64,000 nt of DNA, from positions 10,840,873 to 10,904,872 of the forward strand of contig MU053881.1 in assembly GCA_013239625.1 (NCBI GenBank). Direction: 5' to 3'. Under the pieces are notes generated by a model. It was not told where the DNA came from and ran no database searches. It was given only the letters and a program-made list of their open reading frames with translations. Position 1 is the first letter of the stretch, and each line of letters begins with the position of its first letter. The position numbers and the translations under genes are program-made. The stretch is from Lama guanicoe (Eukaryota). This document shows, piece after piece, positions 50,761-64,000 of the stretch.

Positions 50761-52419
50761 TTCTTTACAATTAGTCTAACAGGATTATATGTAATTTTAA
50801 TTTTCTTCCCTATAATGTTCGATATTTTTAAGTATCTCTACTATGAACAAACGTTAGTCCAATAATTACAAATAAACTTTTCTAATCAAACGTGCATGTA
50901 TGATTGCTTTGTTACCACATAAATTTTCTGAAATCAATTGTTATTTATACATTTTATCTTAGAAATAAAATTGCAACTGCAAAAACAAGAATAATAGTTC
51001 TAATTATATTCCATAGAGTTCAGAACAGAGTATAAAATTTGGAAATGCCAGCTAGGATAATTTGTTTAAATTAAGAAATTTATGTGAAGGCTCAGGCTTG
51101 ATATCATTTATCTCTTGTGGAGGGAAGAAAAAAGTAGAATGAACTATTCTCTGCCTACCAAATGCAAATTATGGCTCTTGCTATGATGTTAAATAAAGGT
51201 ATATTCCAATGTATACTTTTTGTGGTTTTTGAATGTTAACTAGGCATGTATATGACCACTTCAATGAAAAAAAAGTGCACTCTAACAATAAATAAACATT
51301 ATAAATTGTTACAGAATACCTGTATAATTATTTATATGCTCATCAGTGATTTTAAGTACTTAACAACTTGTCTATAATATAATATAATCAAACAAGTTTG
51401 GACTGCATATTTGCCTGGCAAAACTCTGCCGTAATGCTGAGGTAATGCCCCATCATACAAGTTAAGAAATGACCTGTGTTCTATCATTTTTCTCTAATAA
51501 AGATCCCTGCCTGAGTAGATCATTCCTGAACTTTCATTCCTGGACTTCTGGGAGAGAGCTGGCTCTTCCTTCTATCTCTGTAAATCCCCAGCATGTTTGA
51601 CTAGAAAGGTGTCATTTTTCCATAGTTTCCCTCAAGAGTGCGGGAGGCTGGTTACCCTGAAATATCAATTCTTCATAGGCTGGGTGGTGAGGAGAAGGAA
51701 ACATCAGGGGAAGTATTCATTCTCTTCATTGAGATTTGCTGGTGGAAAGGAGGAAATCATTTTAGGGTAGGAAAGCTGTTTCTGAGAAATACAGTGAAAG
51801 AAGCTCTAGTTGCTTGCAAATGTCAGGAAGCAGAGGCAAATATTCACAAAGCTTAAATTAGTAGGTCTGTCACCTCTTAAGAACTACCTTTATCTCTCTT
51901 ATCCCTAAGAGAAGATCCTTCAGTAGAGATACGTCCTCTTACCCTTTAGAAAGACACTTCGGAGACATCACAAAAGAGTTTTTTTGGGGGGATGGAATTG
52001 GGAGGGGAGGTGTTTGCTTAAAGAAGAAAAGCATCACTGTCTGTGGAAGGATGTCTGATACTTAAATTACAAACTAAATAAAAAGATTATGAAACATTTC
52101 TCCTATAAATCATAAGAATCTTTTAGAAACGAAATCTGATTTAAGAAGGTAAACATGTTGCTATAAGGCGTTTTTGAATGACATTATTAAATGCCGTAAA
52201 CTGGAGATTAACTTTCCTTAGTACAGATTTGCTTGTTTTTGAACAGTAAAGATGCTAAATAATCCCTCAAAAGACAAGGTAAAAGTTGGCAACTTGTATA
52301 AGCCTTTTTACCCTTCCTTAATGTGAAAGTAAACTGCCAAAGCTGTTATGTCTAAGGAAAGGGTAATCAGGAAAAATATCATTAAAGTGTATTTGAGATT
52401 AACTGTTAACATGAAAGAG

Positions 52420-52720
52420 CCTGTCTGTTACCTTACGCAAGTAACTGGATTTCGTTTTCCAATATATGCCGATTGACTCAACGGCCAGAGCAGACCGAGT
52501 CGTATTTTTGTAAGACTCTTCAACAGGCAGCCAAATAAATAGCTTTTCCCCCGCTGCATGGCTTGCTGTTTGCTTAAGCAAAAATCCAATTTCTGGAGAG
52601 GACTCCACAAGGGCTAAATTCCCTGCCATTTACAAGTGTCCCATTAGAGTAGCTTTCTATATGGAAATAACATTCCAAGACAAGGAGAGAAACGCTAGGT
52701 CTGAGGTCCGCTGTTCCTGA
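52420..52720. promoter_or_regulatory. Candidate enhancer (motif cluster in unique, CpG-retaining DNA)
   Basis: TTACGCAA (C/EBP/PAR) 52433, near-CArG CCAATATATG 52459, AP-1 TGACTCA 52474, FOX TGTTTGCT 52567, TEAD ACATTCCA 52670. Confidence 0.4.
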
Positions 52721-55700
52721 TGTGTTTTATTATTTCTTTTTCATTTGAAGAGTGGAGCTATTCTCCCAGGAGAAAGAAGGAGAAAAAGAGAGCCATGTTT
52801 GAATACAAATGTCTCAAGAAACGGGAGCTTCTTTTAAAAGTGAAATCTCTCCTTTTTTTTTGGTATGCATCAAGGACGAGGGTAGAACTGTCAGCTTCAC
52901 GACTCAGGCTGTTTCTCATTAAAAGGTTTTTTTTTTTTAATTAAGAATTCAAAGGAAAAAAAAAAAAACTCCAAGTGGAGTAGCATATATTAGAGATGGT
53001 GAGGCTTGGGTTTGATTACTGCTTCTCTGAGTACATCTGGAGGAAGCTTTTATTTGAAAATAGTCACAATTAGGATGAGACAGCCTGTGTGTCTGACTCA
53101 CAGGATGCCACAGAAAGACCTGGCAGTTTTGTCGTAGCTTTTTTTTTCTCGGGGGTGAGAAAAATAAATTTTAATGAAGGTTCATAAATTTTCAGGAATG
53201 TTTTCACTAATAAAACTAGCATCATGGATGCTAAGTAAATGTTCACTGATTTTCTTTAAAAAAATCAATTAATGGGGTACAAAATCTCTGTAATAGATTC
53301 AAATGTCTCATCTAATATATGCTGGTTTTTTAAACAATTGATTTACAGTTCTTGCCAACGAATAACCATGCGTCTTTACATTAGCTGCTTTATTTAGCTT
53401 TATTTATTTAGCTGTATTTAGTTTTTCAATTTCAAGAAATGAACACAGACTTAGTAATACAGTACTTATTCAATAAGAATTTACCTAAAAGGAGAAACAA
53501 ACTCATGGCAAGCGTAATAGAAAATGTAATTGTACTACAATGTCAGCTTGTGTGAATTAGATAAATGCCTATTGACTTAGTTGTTATACACACTATTGAA
53601 ACTGAAAGATAAATTGGTGTTCCCATGAAAGCTTCACTAAAGGAGGAGTTTAAAGTATCACCATGTGAACAACATGATTGTTCATCAAATTCCCTTTCTT
53701 ACAGGCCAAGGGGCAATTGAGTTTCTTTATTCATGACCATCAGGGCTCTACTTTAATAATACTAAGTGTCATTAGTCAAAAAAAAACAAAAACAAAAACA
53801 AAAAACAACGAAACTAAAGTAAAGCCCGAGTACTGCACAACCTTTTAGAAACTCATCTGATCAAATAACGAGGCTGAAGCTCCCCCCTTCCCCGCCACAT
53901 CCCCGTGTAGTATGGCTTGATATTAGGGAGGAACATTATTGTGAAACATAACTTTAACGGGGAGCCTTTATTTAATGCACAGAGAAGCATTCTACTACTT
54001 CTTCGAATATTGTGATTCCCACTTGGAAGAAAATGAGAAAGCTATGTAGTCCTAGACAAGTGAGAGAATTTGACTTATCAGCAAGGTCTAGTGCTTTGAC
54101 TTGGCTCAAATCTTTTCAACAAATGCAACCAAAGTAGGACTAACTGGAAAAATATGGAATGGAAGGGGAAACAAGAAGCTAAGGACAAGATCCAGGATGT
54201 CGGGTCATCCCTTCCCCTTTTCCTTATTTGTATAAGCAAGGAATTTTGATGACGTTTTCTTTAAGTTCATTTGCCCTTCCTGGTGGTGCTGTCCGACTTA
54301 CAGGGCTTTACATAAAGTTCTTCTCTCACGCATTACCCTGTCCTGAATTTGATCACCCTTTCTCATTTACTCATAACATGTGAGCAAACCCTGCGTGGTC
54401 TTTAGTATCTCTTTCCCCAGGATGCTGGTGTTAAGAGGACAGGAATTTGGCCAAGATGGTTTTCCTTTCATATCCCACCAAGTGGTTGGTTATTCACGGT
54501 CAAACACAGAACTCCACTGAGAAGCTGCACGGTTTATATGATAGAACTTAGCTTTTCAAAGCAGCCAAACGTTCATTCATACTTCCTTCACTTGCTAATG
54601 TATAGCTATGTTTGATACACTGTAAACATCATACATGGAATTATTCCATGCTCCTAAAGGACTAGCCGAGCTGAGGAATCGGATCAGCCACAGGCCGAGA
54701 TAATATTTTCAGGCGCTAAATATATTTATTGCAAAAAAGGGATAAAACACTTCATTAAAATTAGGTAAAAATGCTATTCAGAATTATTTGCAGGTGTCAG
54801 GAAAAGACAAAAATATAAAGCACCCTACACAATCACAGTCTTTCCTGTCACTAGAATGTAGAATTTCATCTTGGAGAAGTCTCTCTCATCCCTGGACAAC
54901 TACTGAGCTAGGAGCCTGGGGCTTTTGATGGCATTTGAAAGATGAAGGCATCAAGGTATATTTGGTCCTGGCCAAATAATGTTAAAAAGGAAAAAATAAA
55001 GAACACTTATCATTTTGTTTCTTGATTCCAAATTTAAATTGAGTAGTTGGGGAAGGCGACAGAATCTGCAGCGTGTCCCGATTCAATCATCCAAAGACTG
55101 CTATCTTACTTCTGTCATCACTGAGGGCTGGATTCCTTTGTGACCCACAACGACCTTAGAATGAGAAGCTCACAAGGAAGGCGATGGGGGATTTGCACTG
55201 GACCTGCCTCCCCAAAGCCAGTAGCTAAAATGATAAAGTAGGATCCCACGGACACTTTCATTTGGCAACATTCTGCCTGTTGCTGGGATCCTGGAGGCAT
55301 TTTGATTGTCTCAGAAGGTGAAGAGGGAGCTGAACAAAGCCAGTTTGGATTTTCGCTCTTCTCCTTCCAGTAAGGAAGAACGGAAAAAGTTCTGTTCAGT
55401 GAGGCATGGATGATCCATGCTAGTGTTTCTGGATTCAACTTGGAAAAAAAAAAAAAAAACTAGGGCATCCATAAAAGTCAAATAAACACAAACTTCTTGC
55501 CTACTGTATATGATATTTAGTATATTATTTCCATCTTTAAAAAAAAATCTGTCAATTATATTTTATTTCCAGTGATCTTAAGATTAGTGTCTCTTAATTA
55601 CTTTATAAATAATTTAACATCATTTTTTGTATATCAGTTATGATTAAAAGTACTTACAGAATCTATGTTAACAGGTTCCAGAACTCTTAAATTCCACAGA

Positions 55701-55869
55701 ATCAAATTCTACAGAATAAATATAAAGAACAAAATCCCTGATGTTAAAATCTTTAAGGACTGACATGAATGAGGTGTGCATATTGGATAACTTTTCATTT
55801 TAAGTGCAAATGTTTTGATTCAAGGAATTCTTAGAATTAAACTATGCAGATAACAAACACTATCAGTGT

Positions 55870-56442
55870 GACCACAGGCAATATTTCCAGGTACCTCCTG
55901 GATGTGTGTCCCCTTTACTTAGAACTGTTTATTACTCACACTCCTCTCCCCTCCTTTTTGACCCACATCCACTACCCTCAAGTCTCCTACTTGAATTCTG
56001 ACCTTACCACTCCTGCTAAATGCATAGCAGCACCATTTCCTTACCAGCCCTGGCCACACCTCACCTAAAGGAGGTCATTCATAGTCTCCCTCCCTGGTAT
56101 TTAGAATCGGAATGGAGAGATTCTGTGTAGTGACAAGAGTCTATGTTTCCCTAAAAGTAAAGCACCAAAGCAGAGAAAAATCAGCATGCAGAGAGCGGCA
56201 GAGCACAGGTCCAGAGAACAGGAAAGACAAAGAAGCCTACAGCACCAGAGAGACAAAGATACCATTCCGCCATTCCTTCCTTCTGTTCATTCCTTTTTCA
56301 GAGGAACACCTACACTTCATCACCTTTGACTGAGGTGGTTTGTATTCTTCTGATAAAGTCTATCTTTTGTCTTTCGCTTTCAGCACAAGCTAGTCTGACT
56401 GAGGTGTCTGTTACTTGTAACCCAAAGAATCTGATCTGATAC
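55870..56442 (+). mobile_element. Old MLT1 (K/L-like) LTR
   Basis: 3' end AAGCTAGTCTGACTGAGGTGTCTGTTACTTGTAACCCAAAGAATCTGATCTGATACA; 5' boundary uncertain. Confidence 0.55.
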
Positions 56443-57844
56443 AGCAGACAAGAGAAAAACAAATTAAAATTGGCCTACTCTCAAGAAAAGCGGTAACAAG
56501 CAAAATAATTATCCCAAGTAAGTTTCAGAATAGGACTGGAAACTGAAAATACAGTACTTTTGATTATTATATTGGACTGGCAAGTCCAGTATTTTCTTAA
56601 ATAAACCACATTTGTTTCAGAAAGCTCAAGGGATATCCTGAGCCGAACCCAAGTTTGTCCATAACACTTCTGATCTTTGCCTTGTAAGAAAATGGTTTGA
56701 ATTCTTACTTCTGAGACTTTCACTTTGAATCAGATTCCTACTTTAATACTCACACTTTGAAAACTTTGAAATAACTCAAAATAGATGTATTAAAAAGTGT
56801 GTTCTGAGATAGTACATGTCATCACGGAGTTCTGGATTTTATGCTTAAGGCAGGAATAATAAATATAGAATTGCATTAATCTTGTTCAAAGAACTTTCTG
56901 CAGCATCTCCTTCTGACAATTATATTTTATACCAAAGTCAAATTTAAATCAAATTTTTAAAGATTAAGAAGCATAGGAGACTTAATCCCTCACAGATCCA
57001 GGAGATATAATAATGGTAGTTTTTTTCCAGGGAAAATGTTAATCTTTAAAATAAGAACTCAGACGGAAACAAACTCCATTAATTATGTTTCAGATCTTTG
57101 AGACAAGCTTAAGTTTTAGAAATATAACATAGTGTCTTCCCTTATTAATCAAAATATATATTCTCATTAACCTATCAATGTGGCCAATTTTCTGTTAGTA
57201 GTACAATGTCATATTTTAAGTCACTAGGTTAGCAATGCAGTTTACATGGACATGTGCATATCACTATTCATAAATACATATATCACTCTTTTAAGTTTTT
57301 GATAAAGTGCTAACGTTAAATCAGTTCTGTCAAGAGTCGTAATGAATGTGCAGAAATTGCTTTGTGAATTATCTTAAGAATAAATTTTACCTTCATGTAA
57401 TTTACTCTTGTTTCTCTCTGTGCCCAACTGTCAATGTAGTGAATATGTTAGTAATATATTCAAAAATTGGTATTTCGGGTGCCATTAAAGACTCTGATCA
57501 ACAATGTGCCGTGGGCAAATCTAGAAATTCACCCTGGAAATAGTAGAGATTCCCCCCACTTAGTTTCCTCCATTGTTTCAGATTCACATGCACAGTGATT
57601 CAGGTTCCATGTTAAGCTTTGCAGTTTCTACCAAAAATTAATGGAGTTGAATGTTCAAATTTTATTTCATGTTTGATTGTTTCATTAACTAAGATCTCTT
57701 AGATACACTTATGGAACAGAACTTTAAACATGACTGTTGGGTAACTGCCTGTTATTTTGTACTTTTATTGAAACTATTGATGGGTTAAAATGTATCACAG
57801 AAAATATTTAGTGTGGAACATAAAATTTAAAATAGCAGAAGCGT

Positions 57845-58065
57845 ATAAAGAGCTTACTGTATTTCAAGTACTATGCTTTCTACTTATTAGCTAATTAATA
57901 ACCTTCAAATCTAGAAGTTTTGGTACTATTCCTATTTTAATGACGAAGAAACTGAGTCACAGAGATGGCAAGTAGCACACCCAGGGTGAGAGACAAGTAA
58001 GTGTGCAGAGAAGGGACTTCATCCCAGGCCAAATGGCTCCTCAGTCTATGTGTTCAGCCATCACA
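57845..58065 (-). mobile_element. MIR SINE
   Basis: ATTTTAATGACGAAGAAACTGAGTCACAGAGATGGCAAGT...GGGACTTCATCCCAGGC. Confidence 0.75.
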
Positions 58066-58308
58066 CCTGTCACCTCACAAAAAAGGGAGAAAAAGAAAGG
58101 ACTCTCATACTGATGGCAACGTATATGCTAACTAACTTCTTAACTGGTACAAAAATCCTTACTTATAATAAAAGAAAAAATTCCAGGAGATGAAGTAACT
58201 TGTCCATGGACATACATATTTGGCCTTTCCTCCAAGTCACAGTGTCTCTTTGTATCAGCATGGAGTAATAGCTATTAAAAGAAAGCCAAACACAAACTGA
58301 CTTAAACA

Positions 58309-58706
58309 ATGTAGTGTTCGCTGTGATGGACCACCAAGATCCCCCTTCAGGACCCAAGGACTTAGTCTCCCAATTGCTAGGAATGCTTTAAAAATTGGGA
58401 ATTGGCTTGGCCGACAAAGTTGCTATGACCAAGGTGACATTAGCTTTAGGGGAGGCCTCATCCAGTTGATGCAGAGTTATAAATACCTAGCCCACTTGTT
58501 TTTACTCAAGACTGCTCTGGAGAAACATACCTGACTCAGAGCAAATAGCAATTAGCAATGAGCATTGCAGCCTAATTTCTTCCTCTGCCTAATCCTGCCT
58601 TCTTCCTTGTCTTCCATGGCTGTTTATCCTATGAAAAAGTCCTAATAAATTCCTTGCAGATTGTTCTCTGGTTAAAAGTTTACTCCCAAGAAAACCTAAC
58701 ATGCAA
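58309..58706 (+). mobile_element. LTR16-like ERVL solo LTR
   Basis: TGTAG...ACCAAGATCCCCCTTCAGGAC...TCCTCTGCCTAATCCTGC...CCTAATAAATTCCTTGCA...AACCTAAC. Confidence 0.7.
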
Positions 58707-58709
58707 TGC

Positions 58710-59195
58710 GTGATAAAGATACTTTATTGGCTCCTACAGTTGGAAGTCCACAGAAAAGTCTGTCTCCAAAGTTCATTTGATTAAGAGGTGAGAACTAATT
58801 TCTTTCTGTTTTCTGTTCTGCCTTTCAACGTCAGCTTCATTCCATGGCTGATTTCTTGCAATGATGGAAAAAAAAATGATTACATTTCCAGTATTCACAT
58901 TTGCACATGATGCCATCCAGAAGGAGATTCCAAATGGAGTTCAATGTGATTAGACTGTTTAAGGTTGGAGAGTGTTGACTGGCTTACACAAATGTGGGTC
59001 CAACCCAGGAACTTGAGGTGGAGTCACCTTCCACTGGGTTCCTTTGGGGAAGGGGAGCATGGCCAAAGGAAAGCCTGACTACTGTTAGAAAGGGAGGATT
59101 GAGTAGGACTGAGCAGTACCTGCAGTAGTACTGTTAGAAAGGGAGGACCCAACCTTGAGATGTTGAACGTTGGGCAGCTGAAAACAGCATCTACA
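58710..59195 (-). mobile_element. Old MLT1-like LTR
   Basis: TTTATTGGCTCCTACAGTTGGAAGTCCA...TCAGCTTCATTC...GGGCAGCTGAAAACAGCATCTACAA. Confidence 0.5.
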
Positions 59196-59289
59196 ATATT
59201 CCACAAAAGGAAGAAGAAAAACTGAATAGTCTTCTCTTTTCACATTTAGTTCTTTCTACATTTCTCAAATGAGACATAATCCCCTCATT

Positions 59290-59575
59290 TTTTCACCAGA
59301 TAACTCAGATTCTCCAGAGTTTTAAAGTCCTTTCCTCTCGAGTTCCTTCTTTGTCCTTTCAAAGATCAGTATAGAGGTTTCTCCACAATATTCCCACAGG
59401 GTAATGCACTGAACTGACCACATTTTATTTAATCATTTGTTTAATACTTTTCTCTTCCAGTGGACAGCTGATTCCTTGAGGGCATAATCCTTTCTCTTAA
59501 TCATTACTGTATCACCCCACCGGTAACAATGGGTCTGACAAGCAACATTGTTTTGGAATAAGAGCATAAATTAAT
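59290..59575 (+). mobile_element. L2 3' fragment
   Basis: TCTCTTCCAGTGGACAGCTGATTCCTTGAGGGCA...ACTGTATCACCC. Confidence 0.5.
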
Positions 59576-61439
59576 GGGAATTCTGCCTTTTCCTGGACAC
59601 ATCTCAAGAGGTTTTTAATGGCGATAAAGGATCCACAATTCTAACTTCTCTACTGATGAGCACGTTAATGAAAGAAAAAAACAATGTGCAGAAAAAAATG
59701 CAGAGAGAAGGAAAACAAAAGACCCCTCTACCTCACTAGATTGTAACTTTCAGAGAACAGAAAATATAAGCACAGGTATATATTGGCTATTGAATATATG
59801 CATATTAAATGTGCATTCACAAATCAGAGAAAAGGCCAGGCTCTTTTATAAAGATGCTTGAACTGCTTGTGAGATTTTTATAAAATTTTATAAAATTAAA
59901 AAAGAAACACTTTGAGAAAAAGCATTTCACAGAGGAGAGGTGAGGACTGCTCATGGTTTTTAAGGTGCTAAATGAGTTTGAGATTATTAAACAAGATGGG
60001 GAATTCAACAGAGGAAGCCTTTGCTTTTTGAGGATAGTACAGCATGAGTTTTTTTTTGAACATGGTGAATTTGGAAACCTGAAGGGGATTTAAGAGAACA
60101 AACGTAGAAATCAAGAAGAAACACCAATCTCTAATAGCTGATACTTCTATTTTAAGAAAAAAAAAATGAGTTTTGTCTGTAAAAATGCTTGTTCCTTAAA
60201 AACTTTGACTATAATTAAAGTTACTGGTCTTTTTGAAAGATCAAAGACACCCATCCCTTGCTTATTCACCTCAATTTATTCTTAGAAACCCTACCACTAA
60301 GAAAAAAAAGTAATATCATGAAAAAATATTTTTCTTTAATTCTAACTAAAAAAATCATGATGTAGTCCAAGCTAACCCAAGTACACAATTTTATAGGTAG
60401 AAAATGATATAAATTAAAAATAAAAATAAGTTATGAGCAACAAAAATAAACACAGTAATTTGTACATAACATGCATTATAATGAATATATAATGTACTCA
60501 ACAAAGCAGGATGTGTAATAGTGGCTGGTGACTGGCAGAGAATGTGTGTTACAGAGTCATTTTTGGAAAGAAAATTCATTCTTTTTGATATATTTTCTTC
60601 ACCAGTCTTATGGACTTTACAGCCTCATAGTCACCTTGTACTCAATCTATACTTATACATTAAGTTAAAGTACTTTTGGTGCAAAATTACAGACAAGCAT
60701 GAGGGTACTACAAAACAACTATAAAAACCACTTATGAGCAACAAACAAGTATTTATAGAAGCTGCAACCTCCGTATCCTTCTCACTTATTATACATAGAC
60801 AAAGAAAAGCATGTTAGGATCATTCAAAATTGGATGGTGCACAATTCAATTTTGTTCTGTATGATATGTTCTGAATATAAACTATTGTGTCATGGAAATT
60901 GATGGGTGTTTCATTGCCTGAAATCACCGTGTGAAGATATCACTTCTTAAGTATAGTTATTTTGAATGTTTTAGGAAGAAAATTTCATTATACTGAAAAA
61001 AGGAGCCATTGTCAATAAATGGTTCAACTTCTCAAGAGCTGTTATGGCAAAAAATAATTAACTGAAAAGTCATTGTGTGAAGAAAGTCTCTACAAGTTTG
61101 ACTGCTTATCTATATGTCCTACTATATTAGAACTTAGTACATTAAGGAAAATGTATTGTTTTGATCACCTCAGAGTGTCTTTATTGCCATTAATTTGTTT
61201 TGAAAATAATAATAAATACTATAATTAGTTTTATTTATAGGAGTCACTCACTCAATTAATTTCATTATTGAAATAACAATGAATGCAATTCATTGCATGG
61301 CTACTCTTCCCCAACCTTTTTATTAGATGTTATATTAAAAATTATGATCATTAGAATAAAAATATTTGAGATATGTAAGTCTAATCAATTTCAGATAAAT
61401 CATACTAAATTCCAGTTTCATCTCAAGCTCCTATTACCC

Positions 61440-64000
61440 TTTCTGAAATCCTACAATGTTTTTGTTCAATTTTCTAAAATATAACACAGATCCCGATAAA
61501 AGCTCATATCATATGTTTACAACACAGTGGATTCTTACAAAACAAAGAAGGCCCTCTAACCAGCATCCAAATCAAAAAATAGTATCATTGGAACTCCAGA
61601 AGTGTGATCATGCCCCTTAACGAACTGCTTCCTCAAAGGGTAACCACCATTTTGACTTCTCATATCATAGATAGCTTGGACTTATATAAGTGTAATCACA
61701 CAGTTTATGCAAGAAGTATATCTCTTCTTCCACTCAATAGTATGTTTTTAAGATCATTCATATTGTTCTTCAATATAATAATTGATGGGTTATAACTATT
61801 GTATTGTGTTGCTCATTGGAGTCATATAGAACTTATGTTTCCATTCTACTGTATGTGTTTTCCCCCCTCGTTTTGAACTACTATGAATCCACATACTTTA
61901 ATATTCATGTACAAGTTGTTTTGCCTTTATCTTTAGATGTACTATCCATCTTCTTAAATTAAGGCTTATAAACGGTATGAGACAGGAGTCAAAGATCTTA
62001 TTTCTTTTTACAGACTTTGAAATGCTTCATGAACATTGGTTGAAAAGATCTGCTTTTCACCCACTGCATTCCTTTAAGGCTTTGTTCAAATTTTGTTCTG
62101 ATACTTATTTTTAATATAATTCTATACTGATCAGAGAAAATACTCTGAATGAATTAAATCCTTCGAAATTGATTTAAAAATTCTGTATGACATATAATAA
62201 GATCTATTTCATGAAAAATATAAAGTGTATTTTAAAGAAAATGTGTATTTTGTTGATATTGATTAGACTTATCTATGAATGTCAATTAGTTTAAGTTGTT
62301 TGATAATCTGTCAAGTTGATTGTTTAAATCTATCCTGACTTTCTGTCACCTTCCTTTATCGATTTATTTTACAGAGATCTGAGGTATCTGAGTGTGAATT
62401 TATCCTTAGTTTCAGCCAGTATCTGTTTTTATGTATTCTGATTCTCTTTTATTCGGTACATGTATATTTAGGGTTGCTATGTCTTCTTGATAAATTGTAA
62501 GTGTAATCCTGAATAAATATTCCTCTATTTTGCTGGTAACATGCATTATCTTGTGGTTTACCATTTTTCACATTTACTATTCACATAGAATTTATTTTTC
62601 CATCCTTTCACTTCTACTCTGTCCCCTTATATTTAAATTTTGTGTGTGGGGGTTTACTTTCGTTTACTATGTGAATTACTGTTTTAATTGGAAAGTTTTG
62701 TCAATTAGCATTTAATATAATTAGTGAAGTGGCTGATTTGTCTACCATCTGTTATATTTTCTCCATTTTTCTTCTCTTCATTTGTTTTTTCTTCCTTTCC
62801 CGCCTTTTTCTGATTAGACAAGTATTTTTTTGGTGTTCAGTTTTTATATTCTCTACTGACTTACTTATTAGGTATACCTTTTTGTTATAATTTTTTGTGC
62901 TTTCTATAAGGATTAAAGTATACCTTAAATAGTATCTACATCACATATAATCTTCAAAGTGTACAACAACAACATGTTATTCACCACCATCCAGCTCTTT
63001 GTGATATTAGTGTGTATGTTTATTTTACATATATTTTTAAATCTGAAGCATATTGCTGTCATATTGCGTGTTCTTTTTTTAATAAATCACTTTTATTTAC
63101 CTACATATTTACAGTTTTGTGTATTCTTTATTCCTTCATGTAGATCTGAGATTCCTTCTGATAAATCGATTTCTCATTCTCTTACCCTGAGGAAACAACT
63201 TCCTTTAATATTTCCTTAGTAAAGTTCTGCTTATAATAAGTTTTTCAGGTTTAGCTTGTACAAAAAAGTATTTGTTTCACCATTATCTTTAAAGGATATT
63301 ACCTATAGGATGACCCTTCTATGTGGCTTTTTTTCTCTCTGGCCCTCTAAAAAGATGATTCCATTATCTGCTGACTTACATTGTATCTGATATAAAGTCA
63401 GCAGTTTTTCATTGTTCTCCAATTATATAAAGCATCTTATATTTTCTGGCTGCTTTTGAGATCTTCCTGTTGTCTCTGATATTCCACATTTGACTATAGG
63501 GAAGTTTTCCTTGGATCTGCGTATTTCATATTTTTTCAGATTGGAAAGATCCCGCTGCTTTCTTCTGTTTCTTCAATGACATATGCATGAGACAACATGA
63601 CTTTTTTCTTCATAAGTCACTATCACACATTTCTTTTTTCTAGTTTTTTTTTTAAATGTGCTTTTTTAGTTTGTTTCATTTCTTCTGGCATGCCTTTACA
63701 ATCTATTGAACTTTTCCTTCTCTACTCTCTAATCTACAGTTGAGCTGTACATAAAAATGTTCACTTCTTGAATGCCAATGTGGTACAGTCTCACATTTTT
63801 CATTGCTCAGTTGAATTTCTCCATTTGTCATTCATTTTGTACACTTTTTCACTAAAGTACAGAAAAGTTCCATAACAGCTGTTTTAAAATTCTTGTCTGC
63901 TAATTTCAACAGATGTGGAATCCCTGGTGGTATTCTACCAACTGATTTTTCTCATAGTTATGGGTCATCTTCTCTTTTTTTTTTCAGTGAAGGGGAAAAG
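61440..64000 (-). mobile_element. Old L1 (L1ME-like) mosaic: 3' UTR then endonuclease/ORF1 remnants, running off the window
   Basis: CAAAGGGTAACCACCATTTTGACTTCT, TTTTCTGGCTGCTTTTGAGATCTTC, TTAAAATTCTTGTCTGCTAATT. Confidence 0.7.

Overview
AT-rich mammalian (eutherian) non-coding DNA, very likely from a camelid, because it carries two copies of a tRNA-Ala-derived SINE resembling the camelid Vic-1 family. I found no recognisable host protein-coding gene, CpG island, rRNA, true tRNA or CRISPR array. The supplied ORFs are short, and the ones I can recognise are decayed LINE-1 ORF2 pieces or a hAT transposase remnant. About half of the window is fossil transposable elements: L1 of several ages, HAL1, L2, a ~1.3 kb CR1/L3 with readable RT motifs, MIRs, MLT1/MLT2, LTR33/LTR16 solo LTRs, MER2 and a Charlie-type hAT remnant. 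All family assignments come from my recall of consensus sequences, not from a RepeatMasker run, and most boundaries are approximate. Items worth follow-up: (1) a CpG-retaining Charlie fossil with a stop-poor, Cys-rich antisense frame (12.6-13.7 kb); (2) an L1 that keeps both ends and a TSD but has two large internal deletions (7.8-10.6 kb); (3) an unclassified 1.4 kb insert with a 50-bp near-perfect palindrome, nested in LTR33 inside HAL1 (27.5-28.9 kb); (4) a repeat-poor block with two CTCF-like sites and candidate lncRNA exons (37.6-40.2 kb); (5) a motif-dense candidate enhancer (52.4-52.7 kb). I could not establish a new biological system from the sequence alone.
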